DNA of 64,000 nucleotides from Eledone cirrhosa. Lineage: Eukaryota. Below, piece after piece: positions 38,290-50,661 of this stretch (its first letter is position 1; each line of letters starts with the position of its first letter). The position numbers were made by a program, and so were the translations under genes. Location of the stretch: the NCBI GenBank assembly GCA_964016885.1, contig OZ024742.1, positions 44,640,001 to 44,704,000 of the forward strand, given 5' to 3'. Below the pieces are notes generated by a model. That model was not told the DNA's origin and ran no database searches. It saw nothing but the letters and a program-made list of their open reading frames with translations.

Positions 38290-38760
38290 GTATATATATC
38301 CCTACACGCACAAAGCGCTTAGGGAAACATGTATTGTCCAACCATATGCCAGTCTGGTTCAATGGCAGGTTAATAAATTAACAAGCCACAACATATATAA
38401 TCAAGGTTTAGCAAATAAGAAAAAGTTTCAAAATAAATTTTAAAAAATTAACTTTACTCACTATGGTTACCTTTACCAAATCGGTTTCGAGTCTCAAAAA
38501 TAAACGGACAGTCCTTACAGCATCCATTGCAAAGATAAACTCTCGTCAGAAGGATCTTTTCACTCGGAGAATATAAAATTCCCGAGTTCAAATTACGAAC
38601 TGGCGCTATTCAAAATTGTTCCCGAGATGAGAATAAATGATGTGGGAGCAATTCCTTCAAGTGCCGTGTGTAAAGATAGAAGCAAAGGCAGGGAGGTCAG
38701 TCAACTACCACTATAACTAGCAGCAGTCAGAACGACCAAATTTTTTTCTCGACCAAGACA
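38290..38760 (-). mobile_element. PLE pseudo-LTR remnant related to 19675-20070
   Basis: Shares ATATATAATCAAGGTTTAGCAAATAAGAAAAAG and CACTCGGAGAATATAAAATTCCCGAGTTCAAAT blocks; flanked by (TA)n. Confidence 0.82.
38469..38554 (-). ncRNA. Type I hammerhead ribozyme
   Basis: Minus strand: CCTT-CTGACGA-GAGT..ACTC-GAAAC-CGATTTG-GTA-AAGG; compensatory changes relative to 19856-19939. Confidence 0.9.
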
Positions 38761-38771
38761 TATATATATAC

Positions 38772-39086
<315 letters not shown>

Positions 39087-39088
39087 CA

Positions 39089-39404
39089 GGAGGCACATGG
39101 CTTAGTGGTTAGAGCATTGGCCTTGCAATCGAAAGGTTGTGAGTTCAATTCTCAGACCGGGTGATGTGTTGTTTCCCTGAGCAAGACACTTTATTTCACA
39201 TTGCTCCAGTTTACTCAGCTGTACAAATGAGATGATAGGGACTGCAAAGTGGTCGTGTAGGTGCCACGGCAAAAAAGCACCCAGCACTCACTGTAAATGA
39301 GGTTGGTGTTAGGAAGGGCATCCAGCTGTAGAAATCAAGCCAGAATCAGTTCCCGTCCCACCCTTGCAAGCAGGGGAAAAGTGGACGTAAAATGAAATGA
39401 TGAT
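39089..39404 (+). mobile_element. tRNA-derived SINE family 2 with RTE-derived tail
   Basis: A box TGGCTTAGTGG (39098), B box GAGTTCAATTC (39141), GAGCAAGACACTTTATTT core; 39241-39352 matches the RTE-b 3' UTR (44482-44640); ends in ATGATGAT. Confidence 0.9.
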
Positions 39405-39872
39405 ATATTTATATACATATTCAAAATAGGGAGTACACAAGACAAAGACAATGGAAAAAACAACAGAAAGATCGACAGTCCCATCTGCTCTTTCAACCTC
39501 TGGAAATCACTCTAGGGAAGATGAACAGATGATGATGATGAAGGTGAGGGTACAAATAAGAGCAATCAACACAATGTGGAAGCTGAAATAAGTCAAACTG
39601 TTAATATATATATTTTTCAATCATTTTTTTCAATCATTTTTCAATCATATTTTATTATTTGTTTGACCCGAATAGCTTGCTCGCTTCTATGGCTTTGTGG
39701 TTAATGGTTTAACTATCGTCTCAGTGTGTTTGGCCTTTTAACGTATGTTTATTGCTCTAGTTCACTCGTTTCTATTGAGCACTTGCCACACATTTCGGAA
39801 GTTGTTTTTCGCTTTGTTTTTCGCTAATTTCCAATAGCCGAAATGCGATTCTCGCTAATTTATATATATATA

Positions 39873-39903
<31 letters not shown>

Positions 39904-40559
39904 CTAATCATTTATATATCCACTTTTCCAAGCTGCCATGGGTTTGGAAGGGATGGTTTGAAACAATGTTTTACAGCCAGATGCTCTTCCTGATGTCAAC
40001 CCTTTTTGTTGCCCCTTAATTACAACACACAGAGATACAATCTACCTATTCCAAAAACCTGTGATACACACTTCATATATATATATGCATGTGTGAGAGA
40101 GAGGTGAGTGAGTGAGTTGCTGGTTAAATGATTCAGATATGTGGTGATGTACTCAATGATGTATGCACAGAAAATCGAGATTTTATGCTTAAGAAAATCT
40201 GATTTTTGTTAATAGGCAAAGTGACAGCAAATAAAAACCAAGAGACAGTTAATGATTATGAGATAGATAAATGAATAGACAGCTGTGAGGTGCAGTTATG
40301 GAATTGGAGACTTACAATTGAGAATTACATAGGCTTCTTCTGCTTGATGATGTAAATAGTTTATCTTTAAGAATAATTATTGAAGCATGACAGCTGACAC
40401 CTCTCATTTGCTGTATGTGTATATCTTCATGTTATTACAAACTTTATACTATCTCTATAAGCAGAAAAATAGCTAAAGGATGAGAATCCCTAAAAGAATT
40501 ATTAACATATGCTATTTCTAAGAGTTTGACTCAAGCTTATCCAATGACCAAGTTTTCAA

Positions 40560-40680
40560 CATTTCATGTCTGTACCTCAAAGACTTGTGTTTTCACTCAA
40601 GGCCAGAAAACTCTTAAACCCTGATCAGTTGCTGACCCTATACAAGTCATATGTAAAACTTACAATACAGTACAGGTAGG
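40560..40680 (+). pseudogene. Very old LINE RT C-terminal scrap
   Basis: RLVFSLKARKLLNPDQLLTLYKSYVKLTIQY resembles the LLxLYKxxxRPxxEY motif of CR1/Jockey-group RTs. Confidence 0.45.
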
Positions 40681-41992
40681 TCATGGGTGCGACCTATATT
40701 ACAGTACTGATCAGCCATAGGTGTAACTCACACTACAGTATTAATCAGGCATTTATGACAATAGTACTGTTTCATCTTCAGCATGTGTTGTTAGAATATA
40801 GTCTACACTTCCTATCTCCCCCAGATAAACTCTGTAACAGAGCAATGATCAGATATTGATTGTCATTGCCTCCGGACATTCTCTGGTTCAATGGACCAAT
40901 AAGAGAGCATCTAGACTATAAATGAGAAATCCCTTGCATGCAGCAAAACTTCCTCTACTTGGTTGATGAATGAACCAAAGCTGTGTAGGATAGACAGGAC
41001 CCTTTCGTCTTGTTGTGGGCTTTATAACCTCTCTATTGCTGGTGCCATGATAAAATGCACACTGTACAGTCTGTATGGGGAGTGGCAATTGAATGTTAGG
41101 CAATATAGAGTCGGGAGGACTTTTAATCTTGATAAGCACATGACACCTCTCTAGTGCTGGTGTCACAATAGAATGCACACAGTACATTCTGCACCATGAT
41201 AAGATGCACTCTGTAAAGAGGTAATGTTGGTGCTATGATAAAATACACCTAGTACACACAGTAAAGTAGTTGACGTCGGGAAGGGCTTTCATCTGTAGAA
41301 GAGATGTCAAAATATACAAGACATGGTTATCTGACTTGTCTTATCTCAGACTGTGATGACCTAGCCAGCCCATACCAGAATAGAAAATGGACATTAAATG
41401 ATGATGATGCTAATTATTTAAATTAGACAAAGTTATCTAAAAACCTTTCTGAAAAAAAAAAGAAATGTTTAACCCAAACAGTAATTTAACCTAAGTTGCT
41501 TTCATCATGGTGTTAGACATAATGTTTAGTTTGTGATATTAATCATGAATTAGAATACATATTCATGATTTAATAACCACACCCTATTACAGTTGTTTAG
41601 CATTTAATAGTTCATTTAGATTGTTTTAGTTTTCTTTTGTTTTTTAACCAAAGATTTAAAATCAATATTGTATGGTGTATAAATGACTAGCGCAATAAAA
41701 TAAAAACGATGGTGGTGGTGGTGGGGGGGGGGGGTAATGATGATGGTGGTGATGGTAATGGTAGTGTTCTATATTTGATGAAAAACATTCATTTTTCAGA
41801 GAAATGGGAAGTGTGTTTTATTTGTAAAGGTTATATTTTGTAGTTTATTTGACCAAGCAAACAGCCTCACCAGTCAGACAAACCACAAACCACTATCTAT
41901 TTTCAAAAGATATGTTCTTTTGTCCTTGTATTATTTTATCCTTTCAGTTATTAGACTATGGTCATGCTGGGGCAGAGTAAACTTGATCATAC

Positions 41993-44449
41993 CACCTGAT
42001 CACCTATAGATCAGGGGAGCACTCTAGTCAGTTAGATTTTATCCTCATCAGAGGACGTGACAGATGGACGGTCGTAAACACAAAAGCCTTCCCTAGTGAG
42101 GAATGTACATCCCAACATAGCTTAGTTGTCAGCGACCTCACGGTCAGAACTAGACGAGCCCTGAAACAGAGGCCAACCTGGAGAAGAAAGATCTGGAAGC
42201 TGAAAGTCCCCTCAACCAGTAACAGATTTAAAGATATTTTACTCAACGCCTACGACAGTAAAGAAGAACAGATAGAGACATTTAACGTAGAAGAGAACTG
42301 GGAGTTCCTAAAAAATAACTTACTAGAGGCGACGGATGAGGTTTGTGGCTGGAGTAAGACCTCAAGCAGGAGGAGAGTGACTTGGTGGTGGAACAATAAG
42401 GTAGATGAAGCAGTCAAGGCCAAGAGACAGGCATGGAAAGAATGGAAGAACGGGGGGAGCAGGGTACATTACATAGAGACCAAGAGGGAAGCTAGGCGAC
42501 AAGTATACTTAGCTAGGAGGGAAGCAGAGGATAGAAAATTCAAGCATGTTTTACAACGTGAGGACCAGAAACAGGAGGTATTCAAGATTGCGAGGCAGTG
42601 TGTCAGAGATAGTTGTGATGTCATTGGAGAGAAGTGTATCCGGAATGATAAAGGTGAGCTTGCCCTCACAAGTGCTGAGAAGAAAGATGCATGGAAGAGT
42701 CATTATGATAGATTACTAAATGAGGAGAATGCATGGGAAGAAGAGACCCTACCCCACGTAGACCCTATAGAGGGACCAGCAGTACAAGTCAGCGGCAGCG
42801 TAGTAAGTAAGGCAATCAGAGATATGAAGATAGGGAAGGCAACCGGTCCATCGGGTATAGCTGCCGAGATGCTGAAGGCATCTGGGTCTGTAGGTCACAC
42901 TATAACCACACGTATCGTTAACCAGGTAATACTAGAGGGGGCCATACCAAAAGGTTGGTGCAGTAGCATCATTGTCAACTGCTACAAAGGTAAAGGCGAT
43001 GCACTAGATAGAGGAAACTATAGAGGTATAAAGTTGATGGACCAGGTCATGAAAGTAACAGAAAGAGTTATAGCACAGCTGATTAGGGACCGGGTGAATA
43101 TAGACGAGATGCAATTTGGGTTTGTACCAGGGAAAGGCACCACTGATGCCCTCTTCCTTGTGAGGCAATTACAGGAAAAGTACCTAGCTAAAAGTAAGCC
43201 ACTCTACTTGGCATTTGTCGACCTTGAGAAAGCCTTTGACAGAGTTCCACGTGCAGTAATCTGGTGGGCTCTTAGAAAACTAGGAGTAGATGAATGGCTT
43301 GTGAAAGCGGTACAAGCCATGTATAGGGGAGCAGTCAGCAAAGTTAGGATTGGCAATGAGTATAGCGAGGAATTTAGCGTACAGGTTGGGGTCCACCAGG
43401 GCTCTGTTCTTAGCCCTCTCCTGTTCATCATAGTCCTGCAGGCAATAACGGAGGAGTTTAAGACCGGATGCCCATGGGAACTCCTGTATGCTGATGACCT
43501 CGCACTCATAGCTGAATCTATGGTAGAACTAGAGAATAAATTCCAAACCTGGAAGCAGGGACTAGAGAGAAAGGGCCTCAAAGTCAACATGACAAAGACT
43601 AAGGTCCTTGTAAGTAGACGAGAAAACAGAACCCAGATCCCCTCAGGGAAATGGCCTTGCTCAGTATGTAGGAAAGGTGTAGGTAGGAACTCCATTCTCT
43701 GCCCCAAATGCAAACAATGGGTACACAAGAGATGTAGCGGGATCTCAGGAAGCTTAATTAAGAATGTAGGATTCACATGCAGCAGCTGTGCTGAAACAGC
43801 AAGCAAACAGCCACAGGAAACAAGTACCACCAATCTCTGGGAGGGCCCTGTAGAAACAGTAGACAGCTTCTGCTACCTAGGTGACCGAATTAGCAACGGA
43901 GGTGGGTGCTCAGAAAGTACAATAACTAGGGTAAGAACGGGATGGAAGAAGTTTAGGGAACTACTACCACTGCTAGCTGCAAAAGGCTTCTCCCTCAGAA
44001 TGAAAGGCAGACTGTATGATGCGTGTATCCGAACAGCAATGTTGCATGGTAGTGAGACCTGGGCGCTGAAGGTGGAAGACTTACGTAGATTAGAGAGAAA
44101 CGAAGCCTGCATGCTCCGATGGATGTGTAACAGTAATATACGTGAACGACAAAGCATAAAGGAATTGAGAGAGAGACTGAGCATAAGAGGAATCAAATGC
44201 TGCGTGCAGGAGAGGCGGTTACGCTGGTATGGACATGTGATGCGTATGAAGGATGACAGCTGCATAAAAAGGTGCAGAGCACTAGAAGTTGATGGAAACC
44301 GCGGAGTGGGGAGACCCAAGATGACCTGGGATGAGGTGATAAAAGCCGACCTTACCCAATTACACCTCTCAAAGTCAATGACACACGACCGTGACTTCTG
44401 GCGTCACGCAGTAATACAGGGTACCCGACCTCCCATGGGTACATGCTGA
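41993..44449 (+). CDS. RTE ORF: end of AP endonuclease, RT, PHD-like finger (open frame, no native start)
   Basis: Frame is open from HLITYRSG..SQLDFIL..SQHSLVV (APE end) through TWWWN, YKGKGD..NYRGIKL, QFGF, FVDLEKAFD, QGSVLSP, YADD, C4HC3 cluster, [15 protein letters not shown]. Confidence 0.93.
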   Translation, partial: HLITYRSGEHSSQLDFILIRGRDRWTVVNTKAFPSEECTSQHSLVVSDLTVRTRRALKQRPTWRRKIWKLKVPSTSNRFKDILLNAYDSKEEQIETFNVEENWEFLKNNLLEATDEVCGWSKTSSRRRVTWWWNNKVDEAVKAKRQAWKEWKNGGSRVHYIETKREARRQVYLARREAEDRKFKHVLQREDQKQEVFKIARQCVRDSCDVIGEKCIRNDKGELALTSAEKKDAWKSHYDRLLNEENAWEEETLPHVDPIEGPAVQVSGSVVSKAIRDMKIGKATGPSGIAAEMLKASGSVGHTITTRIVNQVILEGAIPKGWCSSIIVNCYKGKGDALDRGNYRGIKLMDQVMKVTERVIAQLIRDRVNIDEMQFGFVPGKGTTDALFLVRQLQEKYLAKSKPLYLAFVDLEKAFDRVPRAVIWWALRKLGVDEWLVKAVQAMYRGAVSKVRIGNEYSEEFSVQVGVHQGSVLSPLLFIIVLQAITEEFKTGCPWELLYADDLALIAESMVELENKFQTWKQGLERKGLKVNMTKTKVLVSRRENRTQIPSGKWPCSVCRKGVGRNSILCPKCKQWVHKRCSGISGSLIKNVGFTCSSCAETASKQPQETSTTNLWEGPVETVDSFCYLGDRISNGGGCSESTITRVRTGWKKFRELLPLLAAKGFSLRMKGRLYDACIRTAMLHGSETWALKVEDLRRLERNEACMLRWMCNSNIRERQSIKELRERLSIRGIKCCVQERRLRWYGHVMRMKDDSCIKRCRALEVDGNRGVGRPKMTWDEVIKADLTQLHLSKSMTHDRDFWRHAVIQGTRPPMGTC

Positions 44450-44743
44450 AGCATATAAACAATATGCCCCCCCCCCCCCCCACTGCAAGGTGGCCGTGGA
44501 GGTGCCACGGCAAAAAAGCACCCAGCCCACACTGTAAAGTGGACGTGTAGGCGCCACGAAAAAGCACCCAGCACTCACTGTAAATGAGGTTGGTGTTAGG
44601 AAGGGCATCCAGCTGTAGAAATCAAGCCAGATCAGTTCCTGTATGAGCAAGGCATGGTCAGCCGACCAGACACTGCCCACAACAGGACAACCCGTCTAAC
44701 CCATGCTAGCGTGGAAGAACGGACGTAAAACGGTGATGATGAT
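41993..44743 (+). mobile_element. RTE LINE subfamily b, 5'-truncated within the APE domain
   Basis: Long open frame, 3' UTR with 45-bp repeats and (GAT)n tail. Confidence 0.96.
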
Positions 44744-44882
44744 ATCCACCCTAGGACTCATTTTTTTGAAGTGTTTATTTTATCGATCTCTTTTTGTCTA
44801 GTTGTTAAGTTATGGAACACAGACATGAACACATGCATATATATATATATATATACATGTGTGTGTCTGTATGTGTGCATGT

Positions 44883-44925
<43 letters not shown>

Positions 44926-44928
<3 letters not shown>

Positions 44929-46257
44929 CCCTCAAAATAAAAGGCAAATTGTATGATGTGTGCATACAAACAGCGATGCTGCACAGTAATGAGACTTGGG
45001 CACTGTGTGCAGAGGACTTGCAAAGAGTGGAAAGAAATGAAGCTATTTGTGAACAGCAAAGCATAAATGAACTGAGAGACAAATTAGGCATAAGAGGAAT
45101 CAGATGTAGTGTGAAGGCGAGGAGATTGTGTTGGTATGGACATGTGACGGGTATGAAGGATGACAGTGGTATAAAAAGATGCAGAGTGCTGAAAATTGAT
45201 GGAAGCTGTGGAATAGGAAGACCCAGAAAGACTAGGGATGAGGGGATAAAAGCTGACCTGGCACAATTGGACCTCTCAAAGATGACACAGGACCAAGATC
45301 TCTGGCATTATGCAATTATACAGAAGACCTGCCTTCTCATGAACACAGGCTGAAGCATACATATAGTATTGCCCACCTTCACCTACCCTCACCCGTTCCA
45401 TATACCTCCCATGAGCACAAGCTAAAGCATAATCTAGTGTGCACCACATTCACCTCCATCCCCCTTCCATCCACCTCCCACGCCCTAACACTCAGCCCCT
45501 TACTCACGCCCATATACTCACTTCCCCAATCCCCACACATCTCTCCCACCAAAGTCCCAGCCCACACTGTAAAGTGGTCTTGATGGCAACACGACAAAAA
45601 GCACCCAGTACTCACAGTAAAGTGATTATGTAGATGGCACAACAAAAAGAGCCCAGCCCACACTGTAACATGGTTAAGTAGGTGTCATGACAAAAAGCAC
45701 CCAGTACTCACTGTAAAGTGATTATGTAGATGGCACAACAAAAAGTGCCCAGCCCACACTGTAACGTGGTTAAGTAGGTGTCATGACAAAAAGCACCCAG
45801 TACTCACTGTAAAGTGATTATGTAGATGGCACAACAAAAAGTGCCCAGCCCACACTGTAACGTGGTTAAGTAGGTGTCATGACAAAAAGCACCCAGTACT
45901 CACTGTAAAGTGATTATGTAGATGGCACAACAAAAAGTGCCCAGCCCACACTGTAACGTGGTTAAGTAGGTGTCATGACAAAAAGCACCCAGTACTCACT
46001 GTAAAGTGATTATGTAGATGGCACAACAAAAAGTGCCCAGCCCACACTGTAACGTGGTTAAGTAGGTGTCATGACAAAAAGCACCCAGTACTCACTGTAA
46101 ATGTGGCTGGCATTAAAAAGGGCATCCAGCCGTAAAAACAAAACCAAAATCAGTTCTGTATGAGAAAGACATGGTCACCTGACCTGCCCTATCTCACAAC
46201 AGGACAACACATCCAACCCATGCTGACATGGAAAAATGGACATTAAATGATGATGAT
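44926..46257 (+). mobile_element. Degenerate RTE 3' fragment (subfamily c) with expanded 3' UTR
   Basis: SLKIKGKLYDVCIQTAMLH..GRPRKT; 3' UTR ends CCCATGCTGACATGGAAAAATGGACATTAAATGATGATGAT. Confidence 0.9.
45556..46101 (+). repeat. 90-bp (2 x 45-bp) tandem repeat, ~6 copies, inside the RTE 3' UTR
   Basis: Alternating CCCAGCCCACACTGTAA.. and CCCAGTACTCACTGTAAAG.. subunits. Confidence 0.95.
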
Positions 46258-46757
46258 ACATATAATGTAGCAAAACCATACACAATGAGAATATTCCCAT
46301 GTTTTCAAATAAACTGACCATTAATCTTAGTTACCCTTAATTAGATACTAATTTCTTTCTTTGAGCTCACATGGGACCCAGTCCTTATAAATATAAGAAT
46401 TGTTTACTCTTGTTCACTTCCTAGCTGGTCAAGCAGTTCTGACCTTTTAGTCAGCTATTCTGGGGACATATACCGATTTCAACTAAGATTAGTAAAATTC
46501 AATACTTTTAGATCACAATTACATTTGACACTCTCTAAAAGAAAAACTTTTCCATTGTTTCATTACTATGCATGATTTCAGAGTAAATCATGCAATCAAT
46601 AAATAGAAATATATATAATTAGCAGTGTCGTGTTAATTTGTAAAATATTGTGATTGGGGAAAATTGTCTCTCCTGTGGCAATAGAAATACAAGTGGTTTC
46701 AACAAGGAAATACAAGTGGTTTCAATGAGCATGGCAAGACATCATAGCAATTTTCTA

Positions 46758-49700
46758 GACCCACTCAGACACACTTCACTCACTTGCCATGGACTTGACC
46801 ACTCATACTCTCTGAGACACATTTCACTTACTCACTATGGACTTGACCACTCATGCTCACTGAGACACATTTCACTCACTTGCCATAGACTTGACCACTC
46901 ATACTCACTGAGACACATTTCACTTACTTGCCATAGACTTGACCACTCATACTCACTGAAACACATTTCACTTACTTGCCATAGACTTGACCACTCATAC
47001 TCACTGAGACACATTTCACATACTTGCCATAGACTTGACCACTCATGCTCACTGAGACACATTTCACTTACTTGCCATAGACTTGACCACTCATACTCAC
47101 TGAGACACATTTCACTCAGTCACCATAGACTTGACCACTCATACTCACTGAGACACATTTCACTTACTTGCCATAGACTTGAGCACTCATACTCACTGAG
47201 ACACATTTCACTTACTTGCCATAGACTTGACCACTCATACTCACTGAGACACATTTCACTCAGTCACCATAGACTTGACCACTCATACTCACTGAGACAC
47301 ATTTCACTTACTTGCCATAGACTTGACCACTCATACTCACTGAGACACATTTCACTTAATCACTATGGACGTGACCACTCATGCTCACTGAGACACATTT
47401 CACTTACTTGCCATGGACTTGACCACTCATACTCACTGAGACACATTTCACTTACTTGCCATAGACTTGACCAGTCATACTCACTGAGACACATTTCACT
47501 TACTTGCCATAGACTTGACCACTCATACTCACTGAGACACATTTCACTTACTTGCCATAGACTTGACCACTCATACTCACTGAAACACATTTCACTTACT
47601 TGCCATAGACTTGACCACTCATACTCACTGAGACACATTTCACATACTTGCCATAGACTTGACCACTCATACTCACTGAGACACATTTCACTTACTTGCC
47701 ATAGACTTGGCCACTCATGCTCACTGAGACACATTTCACTTACTTGCCATAGACTTGACCACTCATACTCACTGAAACACATTTCACTTACTTGCCATAG
47801 ACTTGACCACTCATACTCACTGAGACACATTTCACATACTTGCCATAGACTTGACCACTCATGCTCACTGAGACACATTTCACTTACTTGCCATAGACTT
47901 GACCACTCATACTCACTGAGACACATTTCACTCAGTCACCATAGACTTGACCACTCATACTCACTGAGACACATTTCACTTACTTGCCATAGACTTGACC
48001 ACTCATACTCACTGAGACACATTTCACTTACTTGCCATAGACTTGACCACTCATACTCACTGAGACACATTTCACTCAGTCACCATAGACTTGACCACTC
48101 ATACTCACTGAGACACATTTCACTTACTTGACATAGACTTGACCAGTCATACTCACTGAGACACATTTCACTTACTTGCCATAGACTTGACCACTCATAC
48201 TCACTGAGACACATTTCACTTACTTGCCATAGACTTGACCACTCATACTCACTGAAACACATTTCACTTACTTGCCATAGACTTGACCACTCATACTCAC
48301 TGAGACACATTTCACATACTTGCCATAGACTTGACCACTCATACTCACTGAGACACATTTCACTTACTTGCCATAGACTTGGCCACTCATGCTCACTGAG
48401 ACACATTTCACTTACTTGCCATAGACTTGACCACTCATACTCACTGAAACACATTTCACTTACTTGCCATAGACTTGACCACTCATACTCACTGAGACAC
48501 ATTTCACATACTTGCCATAGACTTGACCACTCATGCTCACTGAGACACATTTCACTTACTTGCCATAGACTTGACCACTCATACTCACTGAGACACATTT
48601 CACTCAGTCACCATAGACTTGACCACTCATACTCACTGAGACACATTTCACTTACTTGCCATAGACTTGACCACTCATACTCACTGAGACACATTTCACT
48701 TACTTGCCATAGACTTGACCACTTATACTCACTGAGACACATTTCACATATTTGCCATAGACTTGACCACTCATGCTCACTGAGACACATTTCACTTACT
48801 TGCCATAGACTTGACCACTCATACTCACTGAGACACATTTCACTTACTTGCCATAGACTTGACCACTCATACTCACTGAGACACATTTCACTTACTTGCC
48901 ATAGACTTGACCACTCATACTCACTGAGACACATTTCACTCAGTCACCATAGACTTGACCACTCATACTCACTGAGACACATTTCACTTACTTGCCATAG
49001 ACTTGACCAGTCATACTCACTGAGACACATTTCACATACTTGCCATAGACTTGACCACTCATACTCACTGAGACACATTTCACTTACTTGCCATAGACTT
49101 GACCACTCATACTCACTGAGACACATTTCACATACTTGCCATAGACTTGACCACTCATGCTCACTGAGACACATTTCACTTACTTGCCATAGACTTGACC
49201 ACTCATACTCACTGAGACACATTTCACTCAGTCACCATAGACTTGACCACTCATACTCACTGAGACACATTTCACTTACTTGCCATAGACTTGACCACTC
49301 ATACTCACTGAGACACATTTCACTCAGTCACCATAGACTTGACCACTCATACTCACTGAGACACATTTCACTTACTTGCCATAGACTTGACCACTTATAC
49401 TCACTGAGACACATTTCACATACTTGCCATAGACTTGACCACTCATGCTCACTGAGACACATTTCACTTGCCATAGACTTGACCACTCATACTCACTGAG
49501 ACACATTTCACTCACTCACCATAGACTTGACCACTCATACTCACTGAGACACATTTCACTTACTTGCCATAGACTTGACCACTCATACTCACTGAGACAC
49601 ATTTCACTCAGTCACCATAGACTTGACCACTCATACTCACTGAGACACATTTCACTTACTTGCCATAGACTTGACCACTCATACTCACTGAGACACATTT

Positions 49701-50082
49701 CACTTACTTGCCATAGACTTGACCACTCATACTCACTGAGACACATTTCACATACTTGCCATAGACTTGACCACTCATACTCACTGAGACACATTTCACT
49801 TACTTGCCATAGACTTGACCACTCATACTCACTGAGACACATTTCACATACTTGCCATAGACTTGACCACTCATACTCACTGAGACACATTTCACATACT
49901 TGCCATAGACTTGACCACTCATACTCACTGAGACACATTTCACTTACTTGCCATAGACTTGACCACTCATACTCACTGAGACACATTTCACTCACTCACC
50001 ATAGACTTGACCAACACACCACTCATACTCACTGAGACACACTTCACTCACTCACCATGGACTTGACCAACAAACCACTCAT
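46758..50082. repeat. 48-bp minisatellite, ~69 copies
   Basis: Unit GACCACTCATACTCACTGAGACACATTTCACTTACTTGCCATAGACTT; edge units are more diverged. Confidence 0.97.
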
Positions 50083-50370
50083 TCATTCAACTTCATCAAC
50101 TCACGTCACAAGCCCTACTATAATGCTACAAATGAAACAAACCCACAATAAACAACCCCCTTGCACCCGCTAAATATAAATAAAATTTAGAATGATTTTC
50201 TGAAGAGGAACTATTGGGAATCACATTTAAATAGGGTACTTGATACATTAGTAGAGAAGATACATATTCATTTTATATAGAAATGACTTCTACAAGACTA
50301 GAACTGTTTCATTCTTTTGAACTGTTTGAAATAGGTAGCAGATAACGCAAAATTCTTTCTTGTTTGAAAA

Positions 50371-50438
50371 GTTCCCTGATCAGTTGAGGTTTCACAGTGT
50401 TCAAAACTGGGGTTACTCAATGAAACTTCAGTAGGGAC
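50371..50438 (+). ncRNA. Hammerhead-like motif with CTGATCA core (degenerate pLTR)
   Basis: GTTCC-CTGATCA-GTTGAG..CAGT..ACTG..CTCAAT-GAAAC-TTCA-GTA-GGGAC. Confidence 0.7.
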
Positions 50439-50661
50439 ATTCTAAGTAAATAGCTAATTTTTTTCTTTATCTTGTTTACTTTACCCAAATATAATTTTTA
50501 TTATGTTCTGACTAATTGATTCTTATTAATTCCTTCATTGGGCAAAACTGGTAATAGTTGGACTCCCTCATATGTATGTCTATACTTGTGTGTGTGTATA
50601 TATATTTATATATATGGCAGACTTCGGCAGTTTCTGTCTACCAAATTTCACTTAAAAGGTA

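Noticed and set aside
39089-39160. tRNA gene
   Set aside because: A and B boxes are present, but there is no complete cloverleaf and it continues into a SINE body and LINE tail.
39420-39860. Acidic coding-like stretch and TCGCTAATTT repeats, perhaps a DNA transposon end
   Set aside because: Frameshifted, with no recognisable motif or partner terminus.
46650-50035. 493-aa Cys/His-rich repeat ORF resembling a zinc-finger array
   Set aside because: The 16-aa period comes from the 48-bp minisatellite; no C-x2-C..H-x3-H spacing, and stops and frameshifts occur within the array.
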